DNA of 64,000 nucleotides from a virus (lineage: Duplodnaviria; Caudoviricetes), in the IMG/VR virus record IMGVR_UViG_3300049988_000286, positions 96,001 to 160,000 of that record; one strand, written 5' to 3'. The notes under the pieces were generated by a model, which did not search any database, was not told the origin of the DNA, and saw only the letters and a list, made by a program, of their open reading frames with translations. The stretch's first letter is position 1. The number at the start of each line of letters is the position of its first letter. Of this stretch, positions 48,001 to 58,080 are shown one piece after another. Position numbers and translations under genes: made by a program.

Positions 48001-48015
48001 GTGGTATTTAGTGTT

Positions 48016-48558
48016 ATGGAGTCACCCCGTTTCACGCTTGTCGATCCAGTGACAGGTCTGTACTGGACCCAGAATCTCCCGGCTGATGTTTTCTGGGGTA
48101 AAGACGCAGCGGCCGATTGGATACCACGTTTCCAAGGTAACCCTCACTTCGAATATAGCGAAGGACGAATCAAACTTCTGTGGAACCGATACGAGCATGT
48201 GCGCCGCCGTCGCGGTGATTCCACAATCCCGGAACTCATGCTGGAACCCCACGTCGTCATCGTGAAAGCGATGCCCCGCCGCGCGCTGGTACTCGAACCC
48301 TTTGAATCATTCTGCCTCACCGTCAATCGCGCGCATGGGCATGTGCTCACTACCGCGATCACGAAAGTGTGCGAGCACGCTCCCCTGTACGCGATCAAGC
48401 GCCGAGGGAGGACCAAAGCTGTCGCCGATGTGCTCCCTGACACAATCCTCCACGAAGGCATGTATCTCTTCTGCTTCAACGAAGACGATCTCGCGTTGGC
48501 CAAGATCGCGCTTGGGGCTAACATCGCACAGACTTATGATTTGCGGGACTATCGATGA
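48016..48558 (+). CDS. hypothetical protein
   Basis: C-terminal FCFNEDDLALAKI. Confidence 0.6.
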   Translation: MESPRFTLVDPVTGLYWTQNLPADVFWGKDAAADWIPRFQGNPHFEYSEGRIKLLWNRYEHVRRRRGDSTIPELMLEPHVVIVKAMPRRALVLEPFESFCLTVNRAHGHVLTTAITKVCEHAPLYAIKRRGRTKAVADVLPDTILHEGMYLFCFNEDDLALAKIALGANIAQTYDLRDYR

Positions 48559-48965
48559 TCATCTCTTTGCGTGAGACGCCCTTCCGTTATGTGAATTGGG
48601 GCAAGACCATGGGCGAGAGTATGGCTCGCTCTTGGATGCATACTCGCGCCCGCGATGCCCTGTATGATCTTGGCATCTATTATCGCTTCATCGGTTATGG
48701 CTTCCATTCGTTTGGGGGTACGGTTGTAAATCCATACTGTCTATACTTCGTTGATATCATTGATCCCGATGAGACTACATTGACGCTCCTCGCGCTCTCG
48801 ATAAAGATCGAGACTAATGTAGCGCTTGATTCGTCGCAAGCGGTTTGTCAGCTTTCCGAATTTGCTTATCGCCAGCGTTCCGGCGTTGGAGCCGACGAGC
48901 GGGAATGGGAAGCCGCTCTATCCAATCCTCCAGTTCGCAAAGTGATTAAGCATTGTTGTGAATAA
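48555..48965 (+). CDS. hypothetical protein (lower GC)
   Basis: ATGA overlap. Confidence 0.55.
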   Translation: MIISLRETPFRYVNWGKTMGESMARSWMHTRARDALYDLGIYYRFIGYGFHSFGGTVVNPYCLYFVDIIDPDETTLTLLALSIKIETNVALDSSQAVCQLSEFAYRQRSGVGADEREWEAALSNPPVRKVIKHCCE

Positions 48966-49000
48966 TGCGGTGATGGTGAGGGCGGGGTTATCCTGCCTCC

Positions 49001-49906
49001 ATGATATCGTTGATTGAACAGATGAACCGCCTCTCCGATCGCGACAAGAAGTCGCTGTCGCAGAAAGGTCTAAAGGCCGGTGAAGAGGTGGGGGAACTCG
49101 CCAAGGCTATCCTCCCCTACGAGGGTGCGCACGGCACTCATCACCGCGTCCCGAGTGCGGACAAGATCGCCGAAGAGTGCGCGGACGTGATCTTGGTCGC
49201 ATATTCGATTATGCGACAGGTCGGCTATGACGCGGATGCCATGATGGCGATGCTACAGCGCAAGACCGATGTCTGGGAGTTGATCCTCGACAACGAGGAC
49301 CGCACTGACTGTGATAATCTCGACTTCGAGATGCACATCACCGTCGAGAGCGCCACGAGCATCGACGACTTTTCGGCAAGCTGCCGCGAAATCGGAGTTA
49401 AGCCGATCGTGCTCGATCTCTACGGCCACGGTGAGGTCAACGATGTCATGACCTCTTCTACTTTCCGGGGTTCGACCAAGCAAGCGGTTGACCATTGCCG
49501 CGATCTCGCCGCACGCTTGCGTGAGATGGGGTATCGTGTGCTTCGAGAGAAGATCGAGACGGTGCCGTGGCATCCCGCTGCGCAAACTAAATCGGCGCGC
49601 CCCTCCGCCTATTTCGAAGCCCACTTCGCTTTCGATACCCCCTACCCGGCACTCCTGCGGGAGTTCTGCCGCAACGCTGACATTCATCTATCCCGCAACA
49701 TGATGAAGAAGGGTGGGGCGAGCGTCTCAATGGGGACTTACCGCGTTGATGCTACGGAGACCACCGCATCGCAGTTTCAGGCCAGCGTTCGCAACATCCG
49801 TGACATGGCTGATGCGGCGGGGCACCGCGTCACCAAGATACCCCATACGGAATACGCCCTCCATGATACTAACGAGCGTCACGACAAGGAATGGATCAAC
49901 GCATGA
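49001..49906 (+). CDS. MazG-like pyrophosphohydrolase fused to an unknown C-domain
   Basis: KAGEEVGELAKAI...AEECADVI; C-domain FEMHIT, REKIETVPWHP. Confidence 0.75.
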   Translation: MISLIEQMNRLSDRDKKSLSQKGLKAGEEVGELAKAILPYEGAHGTHHRVPSADKIAEECADVILVAYSIMRQVGYDADAMMAMLQRKTDVWELILDNEDRTDCDNLDFEMHITVESATSIDDFSASCREIGVKPIVLDLYGHGEVNDVMTSSTFRGSTKQAVDHCRDLAARLREMGYRVLREKIETVPWHPAAQTKSARPSAYFEAHFAFDTPYPALLREFCRNADIHLSRNMMKKGGASVSMGTYRVDATETTASQFQASVRNIRDMADAAGHRVTKIPHTEYALHDTNERHDKEWINA

Positions 49907-50133
49907 ATGTCCTTCAGCGCGTGCGGGAAGCACGAAGTCAACTCAAGGCACGGGGCCAGTCCGAACACGCTAACGCGGACGCAATCGAAGAATTGTTCGC
50001 TCGCGCACAGGAGATCATCACAGAGATGAACGCAAAGAAGCTTGCGGCGATCCGCGAGGCAGAGAAGCCGTTCCTCGACGAGTTGGAACAGATCGATCGA
50101 GAGATGTCCATGTTCATCACGTTGTCGGCATGA
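49903..50133 (+). CDS. small coiled-coil protein
   Basis: ATGA overlap. Confidence 0.6.
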   Translation: MNVLQRVREARSQLKARGQSEHANADAIEELFARAQEIITEMNAKKLAAIREAEKPFLDELEQIDREMSMFITLSA

Positions 50134-50573
50134 GCGTCGTTTGGTGGAACCCCCTCAAGAGGTGCATGACAAGCGACAGCTATTGCACCTCTGATAGTGA
50201 ATTCGTCGATCTTCGATCAAAGGTCACTGACAACGGTCAGTTTCTGATTGGCACGACGGGTGACGCGCGCCTTCGTTCCTATCTCGCCACGCATGTGCGA
50301 CGCGGAGAAAGCGTTAAAAGGCCTGATTTTGACTGCGCGAATTCTTCCGCTCTGCTGTTCGACAATACAATGAACCACCTGTTGCTCCTGACTGTTACTG
50401 CTGATGACTTTCGGTTGTATGAACTCAATCATGAGCAGTATTACGCAATCGGTTACGGAGCCTCTGTGGTTATGGTCTTGAGCGATCTTGGATACGACGA
50501 TGCTGCAATTGGCGAGGCGCTGGTCAAACGGATCGCCTTCGTTGCTGCCCCCTTTCACACCATGGATGCTTGA
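50130..50573 (+). CDS. hypothetical protein, possible Ntn-hydrolase/proteasome-like fold
   Basis: MTSDS, IGTTGD, YYAIGYGA pattern. Confidence 0.4.
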   Translation: MSVVWWNPLKRCMTSDSYCTSDSEFVDLRSKVTDNGQFLIGTTGDARLRSYLATHVRRGESVKRPDFDCANSSALLFDNTMNHLLLLTVTADDFRLYELNHEQYYAIGYGASVVMVLSDLGYDDAAIGEALVKRIAFVAAPFHTMDA

Positions 50574-51697
50574 TGTCACAGTCGATCAAATTCCCCCCTG
50601 CCCACTATGTTGGCATGATCACCAACCGCAACGGTGACGATCTCCCCCTTGGCTTCATGACCCCCGATGGCGACGACGCTGCCGCAAAGAACCGCCGCGC
50701 TAGTGTCGATGCGTGGGTGGCTCAGAACCACGGGCACCGTTCCAACCACCCCAAGGCGGTGGTGATGCCCAACACTGCGATGGCGGGTTTCCGGCTGCTC
50801 GACGATGTGCGTCGAGATTCCAGTTGGGGGTCGGGTAACGTGAAGTGGCGCGTAGAAGACCCGCGTGGCTTCGAGTTGGAGATATCATCCCCAAACCTCA
50901 TGAACATCCTCGCCTCCACTGTGGTGGATCAGGGTGAAGTCCTCGATCGATGTATCTGGGCACGGGAGGGCAAGGAGAACATTCTCGTGCCGCTATCGAG
51001 CGAGGTCTATCAGACCGCTGTTGCCAACACTGCGCGTGAGGCAAAGACCGCCTCGATCAAGGATACTCGCCCCGGTGACGCTGTAGTGCTTCGCAACGGC
51101 GACACGGGCATCTATCTCGGTCGAATGAACATGATCGATTGGGATTATACCGGTGGGTATAATCGGACACCCGCGCAGCCTATTACAGTCAAGCTGTTGC
51201 CTCGACACGTCTTTGTCTCTGTGGTTGATCGCAACATCTTTTATGTTTCGGCGACGCCGAAGCTGTCAGAAGTCACTCCGGGAACGCCGATCTCGCCCGA
51301 CGAGGCGGAAAACAACATCGCGGCGTGGATCGCCGATGGCTTCAAGCGTAACGGATCGAGCTACGGATCGCTCGGCTTCACGTTCAGCAAAACCCTCCCC
51401 ACTGTGACGAGGGAGAAAGTCGTGGAGACGTGGGACAAACAGAGAGGCCATTGCGTCTTCGAAGTCAACGGAGAGTTCTGGTCACCCTCCTACCTCTGGG
51501 AGTCATCTGATGAATTCAGCGCGAAGTTGATCGCTCGTGAAGACTGGGTGGATGGCAGCTTTATCCGACCGATAGGGTGGCGTAGTGTCGATCAGGACTT
51601 CAAGAAGAGCGATCTCATCGCAGCCGGGGTCACGCCCACGCGTGTCGTCTCGGTGATCACGACTGATGCGGGCGCGAGGTTCATTGTCGGGCATTGA
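50570..51697 (+). CDS. conserved phage-type hypothetical protein (375 aa)
   Basis: PLGFMTP, W.VEDPRGFELEISSPNL motif. Confidence 0.75.
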   Translation: MMSQSIKFPPAHYVGMITNRNGDDLPLGFMTPDGDDAAAKNRRASVDAWVAQNHGHRSNHPKAVVMPNTAMAGFRLLDDVRRDSSWGSGNVKWRVEDPRGFELEISSPNLMNILASTVVDQGEVLDRCIWAREGKENILVPLSSEVYQTAVANTAREAKTASIKDTRPGDAVVLRNGDTGIYLGRMNMIDWDYTGGYNRTPAQPITVKLLPRHVFVSVVDRNIFYVSATPKLSEVTPGTPISPDEAENNIAAWIADGFKRNGSSYGSLGFTFSKTLPTVTREKVVETWDKQRGHCVFEVNGEFWSPSYLWESSDEFSAKLIAREDWVDGSFIRPIGWRSVDQDFKKSDLIAAGVTPTRVVSVITTDAGARFIVGH

Positions 51698-51748
51698 GGA
51701 TTGACTGGAGGGTGGGGGTGCGCTATACCGAACTGTAAGGAGCAGTTT

Positions 51749-52813
51749 ATGGCCACCACCACCCAGTATAATCCGCAGCGCGATATCGATGCGCGCCTCC
51801 GCGAGGCAGGGGCGTCGAAAACCGTTTACGCGCTCATCACCCCAGAGACGGAGGAGATGAAGGCGGAGGCGATGGGCTTCAATAGCCCGGAAGGCCGCGC
51901 CGCTTTTTTCGACCAGTTTCGTCGCGCGTGGACGGGCCAGCAGGATGCCCTGCACGAGGATTTCTTCGACACTTGGGAACAGTGGGCGGATCGTGCGGTC
52001 AAGTTCAACCGCGACGCCTACCCCTACCACTACCCCACCGCTGGTGCGAGCGAGGGGCTACGGCACCTCATCTACGATTTCGCAGCACGCGGCGGACGAA
52101 CCGTTCACGTCTTCCGTGGCGAGTATGAGGGGTACAAGTCGCTCGCTGAAGCCGCCGGGCTCACTGTCGAGGAGCACGATCGCGACAACTGGCGATACGA
52201 CCTGATCGAGAACGATCGGCTACAAGCCGAGTTTACCGGATCGGACGAGCGGATGTTCTTCATCAGCCAGCCGAGCGCCATCGACGGGATGGTATGGCAG
52301 GACTTCAACGAGTTCGTCGCCGATATGGCGCAGTCGAGCGTGGTAGCCGATGTCACCTATGTGGGGGCGGTGCCGGAGTGTGCCCTGACAACCCGCATCG
52401 ACCTCGACGCGATCTCGATTCGCAACATCGTGTTCAGCCTCTCCAAGCCGTTCGGCCTCTACTATGATCGCGTCGGCGGCATCTTCTGCCGCGACGAGGA
52501 TGGTGGACTGTTCGGCAACAAATGGTTCAAGTCTCTGACCGCACTGATGATCGGCACCGAGATGATGCGTCGCTTCGGTGTGTTCGATTTCCCCAATGCC
52601 CTCGCACCCGTGCAAGAGCGGATGATCGAGAAGGTCAACCGGACCCTTGGGCTCACGTTGCGCGCCGCCGATGTCTTTCTTCTCGGCACCAGCGACGAAG
52701 GCGGTGACGATCCTCTGCGCACCTATCTGCGTCGCGCGGGCAAGCTGCGTGTCTGCCTGACGCCCGGCATGGCGCAGGAGATCGGCACGGCCGGTTTCGT
52801 GGGGGACGAGTGA
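51749..52813 (+). CDS. PLP-dependent aminotransferase-like protein (fold type I)
   Basis: AGASEGL, VADVTY, FSLSKPFGL...RVG (PLP lysine). Confidence 0.7.
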   Translation: MATTTQYNPQRDIDARLREAGASKTVYALITPETEEMKAEAMGFNSPEGRAAFFDQFRRAWTGQQDALHEDFFDTWEQWADRAVKFNRDAYPYHYPTAGASEGLRHLIYDFAARGGRTVHVFRGEYEGYKSLAEAAGLTVEEHDRDNWRYDLIENDRLQAEFTGSDERMFFISQPSAIDGMVWQDFNEFVADMAQSSVVADVTYVGAVPECALTTRIDLDAISIRNIVFSLSKPFGLYYDRVGGIFCRDEDGGLFGNKWFKSLTALMIGTEMMRRFGVFDFPNALAPVQERMIEKVNRTLGLTLRAADVFLLGTSDEGGDDPLRTYLRRAGKLRVCLTPGMAQEIGTAGFVGDE

Positions 52814-53085
52814 TGGCGACCTTCTACGTCATCCGCTTCGCACGAACCGTTTCCGCGAGCGAGTTGTTCGGTCACATCAAGCCGGGCGTCCATGGCGATT
52901 ACGCTATCATCGAAGCGGGGTGTTACTGGGGCTCGGGCATCGATCCGAGTACCTTCAACGTTTCGTTTGATAAAGCCCGATTTTTCACCAAGGCCGAAGC
53001 GGAGCGTCGCTTTGCAAACCTTGCTATCGACTATCCCGCCGATGTTGCGGCGATCCTTCCCGTGCAGGTGGAGGAACCGGCATGA
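52810..53085 (+). CDS. hypothetical protein
   Basis: GTGA overlap. Confidence 0.55.
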   Translation: MMATFYVIRFARTVSASELFGHIKPGVHGDYAIIEAGCYWGSGIDPSTFNVSFDKARFFTKAEAERRFANLAIDYPADVAAILPVQVEEPA

Positions 53086-53915
53086 AGATCGCTGCCGTCC
53101 TCGTCGAGCGCGATGATATCCACGACTACATGATGGGCCTGTGGCAGTCCGATGTCTTTCGAGCGTCGCACCTCGCGGGCACTTTCGTGCATGAACAGGT
53201 GGAGCGGTTCGCGTGGCTGCCGCGTGTCTTCGCAACAACCACGAACGACTACCTTGAGCGCAGTCATTTCTGCACGTGGTGGAATGTCGTGATGCTTCGC
53301 GACGGCTACACCAATCCGATCATCCACGACCTCTACTACCTGCATGAGATGGCTCATGCGGCGACGATGCCGTATCTGCGCGATATCTCCATGACTGCGT
53401 GGTCGGAGAAGATGCAGCGCAACGAACTCGAAGCTAGCGTCTTGTCCGAGATCGCGGTCTACTTCGAGATGCCCGGCCTTCGCGAGTGCAGCTTCCCGCA
53501 TCCCATCTACGCCGATCGCTTCCTGCTCGATCCCGACATGCGCGATCTGTGGTCGGCCAACCCCGCAGCGGCGATCGACACGCTGCGCACCATGCGGCGC
53601 GAGGTCATGACCGGGCGGAACGATCTGCTGCTCGATGATGCGGAGCGCTGGATCAGACGGTTCGCCGACCAGAACGCCGCATGGGCGGTGTCGTGGTCGC
53701 ACCGCTACCTCGATGTCGAGAACTTCATGGCGGCATTCCGCCCTTTGGCGGCGCGCAACCGGGCAGAGGCGGCGGCGCAACACGTTGCGTGGATCGGCGC
53801 AGAAGCGGCGCGAGACCCCGTGGACCTCATTCCCTTCCGGGATGAGGCAGAATTGTTTTCGCCCTTCTACTGGACGAATAAGCGGCGTTATGAGGCTGCG
53901 ATGCAGGAAAGGTGA
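53082..53915 (+). CDS. HExxH-motif protein
   Basis: DLYYLHEMAHAA...NELEASV. Confidence 0.6.
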   Translation: MKIAAVLVERDDIHDYMMGLWQSDVFRASHLAGTFVHEQVERFAWLPRVFATTTNDYLERSHFCTWWNVVMLRDGYTNPIIHDLYYLHEMAHAATMPYLRDISMTAWSEKMQRNELEASVLSEIAVYFEMPGLRECSFPHPIYADRFLLDPDMRDLWSANPAAAIDTLRTMRREVMTGRNDLLLDDAERWIRRFADQNAAWAVSWSHRYLDVENFMAAFRPLAARNRAEAAAQHVAWIGAEAARDPVDLIPFRDEAELFSPFYWTNKRRYEAAMQER

Positions 53916-53930
53916 TCCGCTAAATACGGG

Positions 53931-55631
53931 ATGCGCGATCTCCTCAATATCCTGAACGAAACCTCCCTCCTCACCGAGTCCCGCAAGGACTATGAATCGA
54001 TGATCAACCCGGTGCTGGATGCACTGGGGAAGCCCACGGGCGAGGGGAGCAAGATCGCTGTTGATGTCAACGCGACGCTTCGTGACAAGATCATCAAGCG
54101 TTGGGGGGAGATCGTTGCGGAGGCGATGAAGACGCTCAAGAAGGCGGATCGTGTCACATGGTTCCTCCGCGCCATGCGCATCGGTATGGTGGGATCATAT
54201 GCGAAGCATCTTGATCCGGTCCGAACAAGTAAGATGGTGCGCGACTTCGAGGCTCGCTCTGGCACGCCGTTCGATCAGGATCACTTCCCCCTGATGGCAG
54301 CCCTGCCGGAATTGGAGCACTTCCTCTCCCTCCCCATCCCAGAGATCGCCAACTACCAGTTTCGCTTTCAGTCATGGACTGAAATCCACTCCACCTTCGT
54401 GGCGGCGGAGAGCCGGTGGAAGTCCACGGTCGAGAACAGCTTCGTCGATGATGATTGCAAGACGATCATCGATTTCAAGAACGGCTGGTTCTGGGTCAAC
54501 ACCGAGCGGGCATCCTGCGACAAAGAGTCACAGGCGATGGGGCATTGTGGCAACTCACCGCGCTCACGCAGCGATGATCAGCTATTGAGCCTTCGCAAGA
54601 AGATCATGGTGGGAGATCAGGCTCGCTGGGAGCCGCACCTGACGTTCATCCTCGCCCGTGATGGGTTCCTGACCGAGATGAAGGGTCGGAACAACGACAA
54701 GCCAGTCGAGAAATACCATAAGATGATCGTCGCCCTGTTGGCCGATCCGATCATCAAAGGTATTCGTGGTGGAGGTTATTTGCCGCAAAACAACTTCTCG
54801 ATGGATGATCTGGACGCTGGTCTGCGGAACAAGCTGATCGAAGAGAAACCCGAACTCGGCTCAACATGGAACCTGTATGAGAAGTACGGTCTCACTGATG
54901 CGGTCTTTGATCGCGTTTGTGAACGACTGCGGACCCACGGGTTGGAGGAGCCGCACGAATTCGATGCCGACACGGGAACCATCGTAATATTCGATGGGAC
55001 GCTTGCAAAATTTGCTGTGGGCGAACTTGATCTCGACTCCGATGTCGTCAATCTCGCGACCGGTGATCGTGACGAGATCGAATGGCTGGACACCAGCCCA
55101 GCGGAGGGTTTGCGCATCATCGAGGGGTTGGACGAAGACCCCGACACCGAGCACGACATCATCGGTCTCATTGCCAGCCTGATCCACCTCGACAAGGACC
55201 AAGCCATCGACGGTCTCCTCCACACATTCCCGAAGTCGGTCGCATCGATCTGGGACGAGGTGTGGGAACAGGTTCGCACCACGGCGCACGATCAACTCGT
55301 CTCATTCGTTGATAATCAGTCGTTTGACTACCGCGCCCTGATGGTCACGGTCACCGGTGACAACGTTCGCGTCACGGTAGACGCAGAGACTCTGATCAAC
55401 GATATCGCGTCTGTCATCGACAAGGACGAGAACATCGATGACGACAACAACTTCGAAGCGTCGGTACGATCAGGGCTGTGGTTTGAAAAGGACAGCTACG
55501 GCTATGACGCCGACCCGGAGGAGGCTAATGAGCCGAAGCTAGACGAGTACGAGGCAGAAGCGTTCCGCGCATTGTCTCGGCACATCCGAGGCCTGTTCGA
55601 CCACTCCGACCAGTTGGAATTCGGTTTCTGA
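53931..55631 (+). CDS. large tagged protein (566 aa), possible PcfJ-like central domain
   Basis: MRDLLNILNE; ESQAMGHCG...LSLR...PHLT...EMKGRNNDKP; TAAATA 4 nt upstream. Confidence 0.65.
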   Translation: MRDLLNILNETSLLTESRKDYESMINPVLDALGKPTGEGSKIAVDVNATLRDKIIKRWGEIVAEAMKTLKKADRVTWFLRAMRIGMVGSYAKHLDPVRTSKMVRDFEARSGTPFDQDHFPLMAALPELEHFLSLPIPEIANYQFRFQSWTEIHSTFVAAESRWKSTVENSFVDDDCKTIIDFKNGWFWVNTERASCDKESQAMGHCGNSPRSRSDDQLLSLRKKIMVGDQARWEPHLTFILARDGFLTEMKGRNNDKPVEKYHKMIVALLADPIIKGIRGGGYLPQNNFSMDDLDAGLRNKLIEEKPELGSTWNLYEKYGLTDAVFDRVCERLRTHGLEEPHEFDADTGTIVIFDGTLAKFAVGELDLDSDVVNLATGDRDEIEWLDTSPAEGLRIIEGLDEDPDTEHDIIGLIASLIHLDKDQAIDGLLHTFPKSVASIWDEVWEQVRTTAHDQLVSFVDNQSFDYRALMVTVTGDNVRVTVDAETLINDIASVIDKDENIDDDNNFEASVRSGLWFEKDSYGYDADPEEANEPKLDEYEAEAFRALSRHIRGLFDHSDQLEFGF

Positions 55632-56192
55632 TCAGGCACGTGGCAAGGAGGGCTTTGTATCCTCCTCGCCCGCGAAGGGATCGGTGGGGTTCTTCCGGGA
55701 TTGCTCCGCTGCACAAGCGCGCAGTCCCGCGACCGCTTGGCCGCTACCCTTGAGGCTGAAGCTCTTCAACAGCACATCCCCATAGAAGAAGGCCAGCATG
55801 TCGTATCGTGCGACATCGACGAGGAATTCGGCGCTCATCTTGCGGGTGAAATGGATGCGACCATCGACCTCGAAGGTCTTGAAATCCTTTTCGCCCCAGC
55901 CTTCATCGAGCGAACCGCTCACCCCGCGATTGGCAAAATACGTGTTCAGCTTTCGCGACTCGCCGCCCTTGAGCGCCTTGACGCTCGGATCACTGAACGC
56001 GACCGCTACCTCGTTGGTGCGATCGTCGTAAGTGATCATCAGCGAGGAGTTGTTGTCGAACTCTCCGTAGAGCGCGCAGTCGTTCGTATTACGAGCCACG
56101 TTCCAGTGGTCGTAGTGGCGATACGGCTGCAACTCTCCGACCGCCGGGGTGGCAATCAACAGGGCCGTCATGCAGAGAAGGCGAGCGAACAT
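55632..56192 (-). CDS. secreted/periplasmic hypothetical protein
   Basis: Signal-peptide-like N-terminus; Cys pair. Confidence 0.6.
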   Translation of the reverse strand: MFARLLCMTALLIATPAVGELQPYRHYDHWNVARNTNDCALYGEFDNNSSLMITYDDRTNEVAVAFSDPSVKALKGGESRKLNTYFANRGVSGSLDEGWGEKDFKTFEVDGRIHFTRKMSAEFLVDVARYDMLAFFYGDVLLKSFSLKGSGQAVAGLRACAAEQSRKNPTDPFAGEEDTKPSLPRA

Positions 56193-56236
56193 TTGAATTC
56201 CTTTCGTGATCGTGATGCCGAACTATCCCCTGCGGG

Positions 56237-56698
56237 TCAAGCGACAAAATCATCCGCTCGCCGATACACGCCCTGTATCAACTCCTTACAGGTAAGGAGG
56301 TAGTTCATCATCGTGACATCGAAGCCCTCGAAGCACGGCAGTGAGAGATCGTTGGAACGGATGCGGTCGATGCGACTGCGCGGAATATTCTTGCGGTTGA
56401 GCGCCTCTCGCCACGCCGTCACCGAGGCCGGGTAATCGACATCGTGACGCTCGGTGCAGAATAGAAGCTCTCGCTCCACCGCTGCGAGGAGGGCGTGGTA
56501 ATCCGGAAGGGCGACGATCTCGAAACCATGCACCCCATCGCGCTCCTCAACCGGCTGCATGACGGTCACGCCGAAGTGCTCGACCAATGCCGTGTAGCTG
56601 GCCAACAAGGACTGGCTGCTCGGCAAACTGGGCTCCCAATAGAGGGAAACCCATTGCGGCTTGATGATCTGTCTGGCGTTCAGACTATTGAGCAGCAC
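56237..56698 (-). CDS. hypothetical protein
   Basis: 153-aa ORF. Confidence 0.5.
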   Translation of the reverse strand: MLLNSLNARQIIKPQWVSLYWEPSLPSSQSLLASYTALVEHFGVTVMQPVEERDGVHGFEIVALPDYHALLAAVERELLFCTERHDVDYPASVTAWREALNRKNIPRSRIDRIRSNDLSLPCFEGFDVTMMNYLLTCKELIQGVYRRADDFVA

Positions 56699-57200
56699 CG
56701 AACCACTCGGGCTTTAGTTCACGAAGCTGACGCAGCGACGATTCCGCCGATGTGTGGGTGATCCACAGACCACCAGCCTCCTCCCACGCCGCACGATGCT
56801 TCTCGCGATCGTCGATCAGGACATCGCCGGGCTGCATGTGGAGGCGCTTGTCCTTCGCCATGCAGGTGATCATTTTCGTATCCGGGAAGTGATGCTTCGC
56901 CCACGCCAGCTTGTCCGCTGGTGCCCAATCACCAAAGGGACAACCGGTCAGGATGATTGGATCGAGATGGCGCACACCCTCGTAGAGGACCATCGCATCG
57001 GGCATCAGCGGCAGGGCGCGGAAGAACCCCTGCCCCTCCGGGCAGCGATAGTGCCGAAGCTCTCGCCAGAACGCCTTCGACTTGAACTTGGCCTCGTACT
57101 CACCCGAGGGCATTCCGAGGATTTGCTCTGCGAGTGTATCGAAATCGGCGAGGACACCATCGCAATCGATGAAGATTTGAGGAGGGTGGGTAGTAGTCAT
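56685..57200 (-). CDS. HAD-family 5'(3')-deoxyribonucleotidase-like
   Basis: FIDCDGVLADF, ILTG, K..W..HHF, LIDD. Confidence 0.85.
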   Translation of the reverse strand: MTTTHPPQIFIDCDGVLADFDTLAEQILGMPSGEYEAKFKSKAFWRELRHYRCPEGQGFFRALPLMPDAMVLYEGVRHLDPIILTGCPFGDWAPADKLAWAKHHFPDTKMITCMAKDKRLHMQPGDVLIDDREKHRAAWEEAGGLWITHTSAESSLRQLRELKPEWFGAAQ

Positions 57201-57279
57201 GTGGTCTCCTTTACAGTAATGATTTCGTTTGTCAACGCTACAATATAGCGAAGCCGTGCAGCGTTCAGTATGATTGTGC

Positions 57280-58080
57280 ATGACCGGAACAGAAGTCCAG
57301 ATTGGCGATCACCGAATAACGCACGGCGAGTGCCTCGCCGTGATGGCCAAGATACCAGATCACAGCATCGACTTCGTTCTCTGCGATCCCCCTTTTGGAA
57401 CCATCAATTGGAAGTGCCCAGAGAAGTGGGACAATGTGATTCCTTTCTCTGATATGTGGTCTGCTTATTGGCGCGTCCTGAAGCCCAAGGGCGTTATCGC
57501 GCTATTCGGCAACGAACCCTTCTCTACGCTGCTCAAGGCGAGCCAACTCACCCGATACAAATACGACTACGTTTGGCGCAAGTCTCGTCCCGGTGGATTC
57601 GCGAACGCGAAGGTAAAACCTTTGAAGCAATATGAGTTGATTTCGATCTTCTCCGAGGGGACGACTTCACCGGGTCGGCCCAACAACATGCCCTATTACC
57701 CGCAAGGTTTGGTCCGCTGCGAAAAGAAGGTCAAGAACAGCGGCAACTCCCGTATCGGCTTCACCGTTCGTAACGGTAATCCGGCCGAGTACGTGCAGGA
57801 GTGGACCAACTATCCCGGCGATGTATTGGAATACGCGAACGAAAACGGCTTTCATCCCACGCAGAAGCCAGTCCCGTTGCTCGAACATCTGATCCGCACT
57901 TACTCAACGGAGGGCGGCATCGTCCTCGACAACACGATGGGGAGTGGCTCAACCGGCGTGGCGGCAGCAAAGAGTGGTAGGCGCTTCATCGGCATCGAGC
58001 AAGAGGAGAAGTATTTCGCCATCGCGGAGCAGAGGATCAGGGAGGCGTGCCCCGATCCCGATGATCTCATTCAGCTTTAG
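57280..58080 (+). CDS. DNA methyltransferase (N6/N4, beta class)
   Basis: DPPF, HPTQKP, VLDNTMGSGSTG, FIGIE. Confidence 0.93.
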   Translation: MTGTEVQIGDHRITHGECLAVMAKIPDHSIDFVLCDPPFGTINWKCPEKWDNVIPFSDMWSAYWRVLKPKGVIALFGNEPFSTLLKASQLTRYKYDYVWRKSRPGGFANAKVKPLKQYELISIFSEGTTSPGRPNNMPYYPQGLVRCEKKVKNSGNSRIGFTVRNGNPAEYVQEWTNYPGDVLEYANENGFHPTQKPVPLLEHLIRTYSTEGGIVLDNTMGSGSTGVAAAKSGRRFIGIEQEEKYFAIAEQRIREACPDPDDLIQL

